Below are positions 54,775 to 62,000 of a DNA stretch of 62,000 nt, one piece after another. The stretch is taken from assembly GCF_001949145.1 (NCBI RefSeq), contig NW_019091401.1:806001-868000 (forward strand), in the 5' to 3' direction. Position 1 is the first letter of the stretch. Each line of letters begins with the position of its first letter. A program made the position numbers and the translations under genes. A model generated the notes under the pieces. The model did no database searches and had not been told where the DNA came from. It was given only the letters and a program-made list of their open reading frames with translations. The DNA is from Acanthaster planci (taxonomy: Eukaryota).

Positions 54775-54956
54775 TACAAAAATGCAGATAGACTTGCTCC
54801 ATCACTAAGGTGGAAGCAAGGAACTGCATCTCTAAGAAGGTTGAGTCCTTTCCTTGCCTTTTTGTGAATCAATGCCTAAGATTCTGATGAGGATCCCTCA
54901 TGCACACTTGAAAACTGTTCCTTAGTGATGGAGGCGAGGACTGGCATCTATTTGAG

Positions 54957-55072
54957 TTACTTCCTCTCGTTGGCATTCTCATAAATCTCTGTGAAGTCCC
55001 ATAGGATCTTGTCCTCCATCTTCCTTCTCTCCAGGTTGAAGGAGGCGAGGGCGCTCTTCTCATCAGCATCAT
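54957..55072 (-). CDS. Terminal coding exon of an unidentified gene (DDADEKSALASFNLERRKMEDKILWDFTEIYENANERK*)
   Basis: Acceptor ttaatttcttccccag|; phase-1 entry matches the preceding exon's terminal G; coding-like codon usage; TAA stop. Confidence 0.6.
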
Positions 55073-56703
55073 CTGGGGAAGAAATTAACCACAAAACGAA
55101 CTAACTTGCAGCAGAAATTGAGACATTCTTCAAAAATTATAGGATCCTTGTACGCTCCTTGTCAGAAAATTAACTATGACAAGAGGATTCCTTTGACACT
55201 GCTGACCCGTTACGTCTGAAAGCATTTGTGATTTGTACTCATTGTTAAAATATTTTTCCAGACACCCCTTTAGGATTAAGTGAATCAAAAGTGACATTTT
55301 TACACACTTAAAATTGTCTTTCCCTTTTCCTAACAAGTGAGGGCGCTGTTTTACAGTAATCAATTAGGGAAGACCACAAACCTAAATTATCTATGGACCA
55401 ATAGCTCCTACAAAAATCAACGATTGATCCCGAAAGTGTGGGCAGAAATATTTTAACAGTGTGCACAAGTCTGCTGAATTGGACACAAAGCAGGAATTTT
55501 GGATGGTGACTGAAAATACTGTTAAGTGTTTACAACGTGATCCCTTTTTGTGTTTTGGTTCAATATTTGTCAAAATTAAGGTAGATCCTTCTTTAAATAA
55601 GAGCTCTGAACACAATTTTTGTCCATATTTGTTGCTTACCTTCAAAAAGCCTGAACAAATCCCCATAATGTATGTGATTTTAATTTTTAGACTTTATTTT
55701 TGAAATGTTTTAGAAACACAGTTCACTGTGCTCTATCAGATAAAACTTGAGAAAACATGTTAAATTTGCTTTTCAAAATATTCACTAGCAACAGGGGCGT
55801 CAGGAATTTCTCTGAATTTCACATAATGTGTACCTTGGCTTCTACTAATGGCTTAATATTAATAATGGGCAATATTAAGAGGAAGAAAAAATAAACAGTG
55901 CCGGGTTAGAACTTTAATGAAAAGATTAACAGGGCCAAATAATGTTAGATGGACAATTGCCACAGTTGCCCCCAATCCATCTTCTTTGGTGTAGAGCAGT
56001 GCTGCAGAGCAAATCATAAAACCCCAGGGGACAAGGCAGCCATTTGCTCATGGTTATTAAAAATGGAGAATTTCCATACATTGTGTTCCTGCTGTCGTCG
56101 GTCTAAAGGTATTTTATGTCTATGATTAGATGTTTCATTTCATGAGTTTCACTATTAAACCTATGAAACCCGCATTGCTCCTTGAACATGTTGAACATGT
56201 CTCAGGACATGTGGACAATTGATCAATGGTAATTTGTCATAAAACAGCAATGAACCATGAAGGAAAAGGAACTTTAGGTCAGGAAAATGTGAAGAATTCC
56301 AGTATAGTGGGTGCATTCAACTAGCTTGCCCTGGTTACAAGGTTTTAACCTCATCCCTATCGTCTTGCTTGGTCGACACAATGCACACAACCATCCCTAG
56401 GTCAGGGTTGCCCTAAAAGCTACCCGCAAGCACCCAAGGGTGGATCCAGGACCAAACTTTTTTCGAGGGGGGAACAAACTTGATTATGGGGACCAAATTT
56501 TTAAAATTTTTTGAGGGATTAGGCTACATTTCCACTTTCTAAAAGAAGGGAAATTAAATAGACCAAAAAGGTCCTTTCATTTTTTCAAATGAAGACAATT
56601 TTTGCTCCTTTTTTGGTCATAATAACCCCAGTTGGCCCCTTCTCCCTTTCCCAGATTCATCCTTGCAGAAAGCCAGCAATGATATGAAACACAGGATTCT
56701 TAC

Positions 56704-56845
56704 CTGTGCTGCTTATGACGTAACCTGCCTCTTCACTTTGGAAATATCATCGGTCAGTCCACTTGCACCATGACGATAGCCAGCCACTACGTTCATGAAG
56801 GCAGCCATGGCAGTACATTCCCCTGGCAATGAGACCTTCCCAAAT
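56704..56845 (-). CDS. Penultimate exon of an unidentified convergent gene (reading frame anomalous, see findings)
   Basis: Strong acceptor (ttttttgttatttttctctgtgcttag) and donor (CAG|gtaaga) on the - strand; GC-richer, coding-like 142 nt. Confidence 0.6.
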
Positions 56846-57009
56846 CTAAGCACAGAGAAAAATAACAAAAAAACAACAAGAGAAGGTCACTTAAGGTTTT
56901 TCAGTCACATTGTAATAATTTTTTCCCCAAATGAGCAAAACATCCCCGTTTCAACCCATCACCACATAGACTCTTATTGTGGGGGTGGCTGTTAAATTCC
57001 TCCCTCAGA

Positions 57010-60000
57010 GAAGTGTGGGTTGGGTCTCCTAGTGATACTTACCCCTGCCCAGCCTACATATGCAAATTTCCCAAGTGCCTATTACAATTCGCTGAAATAC
57101 GTATTCTGCCCCTTGACTCTCCACAATGCATTGTGGTCCCGCCGCCATGTTCGTCCTTTTCGAAGTGGTAAGGTCACCAGAGCCAAAGTGGGGAAGGACG
57201 GTCGGGAGCAGCTGATATGAGCAGGGGTAAATATCACTAGGAGACCCGACCCACACTAACATGGGGAGGAGTCTCCCGCGTTCACATACCCCTGCCCAGC
57301 CTACATATACAGAGTGGCACCGTACTCTGGAGGTGGGTCGGCAATAGGAGTGTAATTACTAAAGAATACAAGCTCAAGCGAACACCCACCAGAAGATGAA
57401 GTATTCACCGTCCGGCCCGGGACAGTGCTGGGCACTGTCCAGACCGCCAAGCGCAAGGCTGTTGTGCCATGGGCTCAGCAGAACATCCTTCAGATAGCAC
57501 TCGGTGAAGATGGAAGGGAATCTCCAGCAAGCCGCCTGGTAGAGTGCAGCTACAGGAATTCCTCTGAAGAACAATCAGGATGCAGAGGCGGCCCAAACAT
57601 CATGGGCCCTGACGTGACATTGGGTTGTCTGGTCATGTTGTGCCGACCAGTCTCGGTTCGCAAAGATGATGGCAGAAACTGTCCATCGGGCAATAGTGTC
57701 TTTTGATGCTAGATGAAAGGGTTTTGTCATAGTGATGAAGAGCCGTGAACTAGACTTTCTGCGGCACTTGGTCCTGGCAAGGTACCACTTGAGAGTGCGA
57801 AGCGGACACCATTTCTTGTCATCTCCCAAAAGTGAGGCTTTGTCGGGAACGAATATGTCAGGAGGCCGGAAGGTAGGCGTCTGTTTTTTGTCAAAAACTC
57901 AATGGCTGGGATAAGGCGAGCCCCATGCGCCTCGCAGCGGATGTGACCTTCAGCAATCGATAGAGCATGCAGTTGGCTACTGCGTCTGGATGTAACAACC
58001 GCAATGCCAGTTTGATGCTGAGATAGAGATCAGATGCATCAGAGAGCAGCTCGAAGGGGGGACCGGCAAGAATGCGTAAGACATTTCCAAGGTCCCAGGA
58101 TAGAATAAGCCGTTTGACGTGAGGATGCTTGACAAACATTCCTTGAAGATGATGATGGATGGCAGTGTTATCAGAGACCATCGATCCATCGCTGAAGCCT
58201 GAATGAATGGCTACCAAGGCTGACCAGTAGTTGCGGATGGTAGCAATCTGGAGGCCTAAGTGGAATAGATATATGAAAAGTCTGCGGCAGAACTCACAGG
58301 AGCTTCGGTTGGACACACCATCTAGTAAAATGTTGTAGTTGGCTGTTGTAAATCTTTTGAGAGGACAGTTGTCGACCCCGGGTCGCCGTGGATGCAGCAT
58401 CTGCAGAAAGGCCCGACGCTCTGAAAGATCGTTGGACAACGTCCAGCACTTCAAGTGAACACCCTCCGATGCTGGGCGGAGGATCCCAACTTGGGCTGAC
58501 GGAGAATGTCCTCCCTGACCGGAAGGATCAACAGCTGTTGAACCAGGAGTCTTGTCGGTCCTGGAAACTACAGTCGGCAAGCCCAGAATGGGGTGATGAG
58601 GAGGATCCAACATGGCTCCCATTCTATCTTGGACAGAACCACAGAACCCTCGGGATGAGGGAGATTGGAGGAAAGGCGTACGCCAGAAGGCCCGACCAGT
58701 GGATCTGTAGGGCATCTGTCGCCAATGCCCGCGGGTGAGAGAACCTGGAGCAGAACGTTGGGGGATGGGCCTGGGATGCGATATGAGGACGCTTGATCTC
58801 CGCGAAGATCTGGCTGACCATGTTTGGATGAAGAGTCCAGTCTGTTGGTCTGACGGCACCCTGAGAGAGTGCGTCTGCCATGTCGTTTCTGGTTCCTGCT
58901 ATGTGGACGGCTTGGAGGGTGATGCCTTGATCGTTTGTCCACATGAAGAGCTGCCACTCAAGGGCAGAGTTGGGGAGAGCGATTGCTGCCCTGATGATTG
59001 ATGTATGCCACTGCTGTGGAGTTTTCGCTCTAGACGAATGGAACGACTTACTACGTATTGTCGAAAGTGGAGAAGAGCGTAGAACACCGCTTGAAGTTCC
59101 AACACATTTGTGTTTGTCCCAAGAGGCAGTGTCCCAGCCCCCGGAGGCATGCAGTGCAGGAAGAGGGGCTCCCCATCTGAATATTGACACAGCCATCTTC
59201 ACAGTTACATGTACATGTACATCCAGACCTAATGGTACCAAAGGATGGGCCACCACTGGAGGTGATTGTGTAGGAAGGTCCCCCCACATGTTAAACGAGG
59301 CTGAAGTATTTATTATAAGACAAGAATACATGTAACAAGCCCTGATACATAATACTATGTTCAAAGTGGCCATTTGTATCCTTAAGTTGGAGGACTATGG
59401 CCATATCATTAAATGCATGGTCAATTAAAGTTATTCCGTATGCATTGCAAAAAAATAGAAAGGCTCCACGTAAGAAGCGCCCGAAGATGGAAGACCGCTC
59501 CATGACTTAAGTACCTACATATCCTATTTCATCTTACATCTATCTCAGCCTTATGACCTTTCCATTTACTCGCTGGAACAGAGAGTACGAGCAGGTAAAT
59601 GGTGACATTGACAAATGTTTGCCAATTCCACCTTTGATTTCGATTAAACCGGGCGCAGTTGGAAAGGCAACCATAGCAAACCCATAAACAAAATTGTGCG
59701 CAGATAGTAGGCACACTTTTGTATGACCTCGCAACAGTCGCGACAGATCAAGGCAGAGGCGTAGGCCTGAATGGGAAACATCACCAGCTGTACCAAATAC
59801 GGAAAGGAGATGCCCCCACGCGTAGCATGTTCATGGGTTGGAGGTAGATGTGAGTCATAAGTAGAGCCTGGATATGTTGAATTATTATTATTATTGAATG
59901 AATTTATTAAGCACAACATCAATTCAAAAAATACATGTGTGTAAAATGAATGGGCGCCGTCGTGTATTAGTCAGACCAACGGAGCCAGATGTGAAGCCGG

Positions 60001-62000
60001 AGATGAACCTGGATGTAAAGTCAGAAGCAGAGCTGGCTACAAATCCGGGTGAGGATCCAGAAGGAGATCCTCACAAAGGGCATAAAGGTCTGGGGCAGTC
60101 ACCGGGGGAGTGGGGATTGACTCAAGGCAGCTGGCTAAAGTGGGCAGTGTCTCTGAGAGAGCAGACCAGAGTCATCAAGCCCGATGAACAAATGAACAAT
60201 GGGGTGTCGGCTCCAGGTGTTGTAACTTCCAAGTCACACCTGAGTGAACGGCTGTGAAGTTCGTCTGACAGCTGTGGTTCGTGGTGAGTGGCAGTAGTTG
60301 TAGCTGGCTCGGGAGGCGTGGGGTTGCCTTAGGGTGTAGACTGGTGAGCCATACCGATGAATACATGACCCCTACGTTAGGCACCAGTCATAGGGAGACT
60401 GCCAGAGGACTTCAGTGTGCGGGAACCGAGGTGAAGGAGTTAGTTTATTTGTCCAAAGTGCAGTGCCGGATTGACAGAGTTGTCACGATCCCGGGCCGGA
60501 TCCCGCTGGATAAACTGGTCTGGCTGGAGAACAGAGGCCACTTCCACCTCCAAAGGTGCCCTTTGCGAGGGAGAGGGAACGGCCAGAAGGGGATCTGGGT
60601 CAGGCTCTCTTGCTGCCGGCTGAGGCTTGGAGTCTTTCTTTCAGGCAAAAGAAGTAAAGGCCTCCGAGAGGGACTGAGGGGTCACCATCCATGGGGGCGG
60701 ATCTGGATTGGAGCAGCGTTTCTTCTTAGCCTTGGATGAGGAAGAAGCCGAAGATGATTTTGGCCTTTTGCTCTGAGTCTTTGCCGGAGCGGGGGGAGCG
60801 GGAAGCGGGGACGGATGGAGATGCGGCTGGGTGGGGATCCCCCCAAGAGGTCAGTCGTTGGGAGGAACATCCCATGTCGGGATCAGCGACCTCATGTCCG
60901 GAGTCTATCGGCAGAGCAGAGATCATAATAGACCTGGTGGCGTAGCAGTCCAAAAGGGCTAGCATTGTCTGATGTGGCTTGAGGCTGGGTGCTGTGTTGT
61001 AGCGCAAGTTCGCCAGCAGTTGAAGCAGTGAAGTGTGGCGAGCCAGCCATGGAACCTGTTGGATGAGTTGACTGGCCTGGTTTCCAAGCGGACGTCACCC
61101 GGTGAGGAGCAAACAGCAGACCATCGCCCTGCAAGCCCCGCTGGGCCATTGGTTGGTAGGGACACCTGGGATGTGGCCGGTAGCGACATCCAGTACCCGT
61201 AGCATAGACAAGAAACAGCTCGTTAGGCTTTGGTCAACGATGATAAAGGGTAACGTCAGCTCGGCCCAACCGGTAGGCACCCGGAGTAGTCATCAGTGAT
61301 TAAGGCTAATGTTGCGGCAGCTGCTTGCTCAACCCGAACAATTCCAGTCATGGTCACCAGTGATCATGAGTAATGTTGCTCAACCCGATCAATGTAGAAA
61401 AGGGTCCGGGGTACTTGCGGCAGCTGCTCACTCAACCCCGGCCCATTGGGTCTCTCCCTGTCACGGCCATTAATCTCAGATAACGCAAACTGCACGACAA
61501 AGGAGCGAGGCAGCCTGCCAGCCCAGCTCCACGGCCAGACACATATCAGCGTTGGGCCGTTATTGTTCGAAGGCACGCACCTCATTAAGAACAAAGGGCT
61601 GCCCGCTAGCCCTGTTCAACAGCCATACACATACACAACACAATCAAATGGTAGGTCACACCCAAACCTGTACATAATGCACAGGAAAAAAGGGGCAGAA
61701 AAGAACAACAAAAATATGAAATACAAAGAAAAGCACTCTTACCAATAGCACAGAAATACTCAGGAATCAAGTCAATTCACAAACGCGGAAGGTTATGGTA
61801 CATGAAACTCCGAAAATGTCATAAAGACATGTCAGTAAATTAAAGATGCCTATAAAAGAAGGACAAACATGGCGGCAGGACCGCAATGCATTGTGGAGGG
61901 TCTAGGGGCAGAATGCATTACCAACTCTTTTCAGCGAATTTTAATAGGCACTTGGGAAATTTGCATATATGTAGGCTGGGCAAGGGTATGTGAACTCAGG
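57010..62000 (-). mobile_element. DIRS1-like tyrosine-recombinase retrotransposon, decayed and RT-less, continuing a few bases beyond the window end
   Basis: ITRs (about 57040-57160 vs 61858-62000) and ICR 57221-57308. YR remnants: WDLGNVL..L.GPPFE, CPLRTLKWYL.RT, ASKDTIARW, AHDVW, AACW, F..CYL. MT-like TDAL..W...AYAFPP. RNase H HIAG.RN.MADALS. Confidence 0.93.
57330..58330 (-). pseudogene. DIRS tyrosine recombinase, disrupted
   Basis: ORF fragments 57891-58859, 57575-57829 and 57374-57574; HxxR is mutated to HDVW. Confidence 0.88.

Noticed and set aside
51046..54956. Canonical SECIS for the UGA-containing exon
   Set aside because: A manual scan for RTGA-N11/12-AA-N18/27-GA with a pairing helix found no convincing match in the visible sequence; gaps remain unexamined.
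54869..55072. Track ORF MMLMRRAPSP... as the coding frame
   Set aside because: Composition is atypical; the overlapping DDADEK frame fits splice phase and codon usage better.
56730..56780. Antizyme-type +1 frameshift at CGA-TGA
   Set aside because: It is not the UCC-UGA context, and the +1 frame stops after about 11 codons.

Overview
This is AT-rich, intron- and repeat-rich animal genomic DNA with several N gaps, and is not prokaryotic. A marine invertebrate source is my impression from repeat content only. (1) The main host gene is a complete 14-coding-exon hexosaminidase D (HEXD/HEXDC, GH20) on the + strand, 16860-38367, about 520 aa, with all splice phases consistent. (2) The last two exons of an unidentified convergent gene lie on the - strand (56845-56704 and 55072-54957). 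No reading frame runs through them without a stop or frameshift. (3) Mobile elements: a decayed Ty3/Gypsy element with both LTRs, a TSD and a -1 frameshift pseudoknot, inserted into a LINE relic; a second decayed Gypsy pol; a DIRS1-like tyrosine-recombinase retrotransposon with ITRs and ICR but no RT; a non-autonomous Tc1-like element; piggyBac-, hAT- and other TIR MITEs; a Nin-type tRNA-SINE; and minisatellites. The most interesting signals are the pervasive TACATGTA motif, which behaves like a Tc1/mariner excision footprint (seen as CATGTA insertions at TA inside old TE reading frames), and the possible recoding (UGA or -1 shift) in the minus-strand gene.
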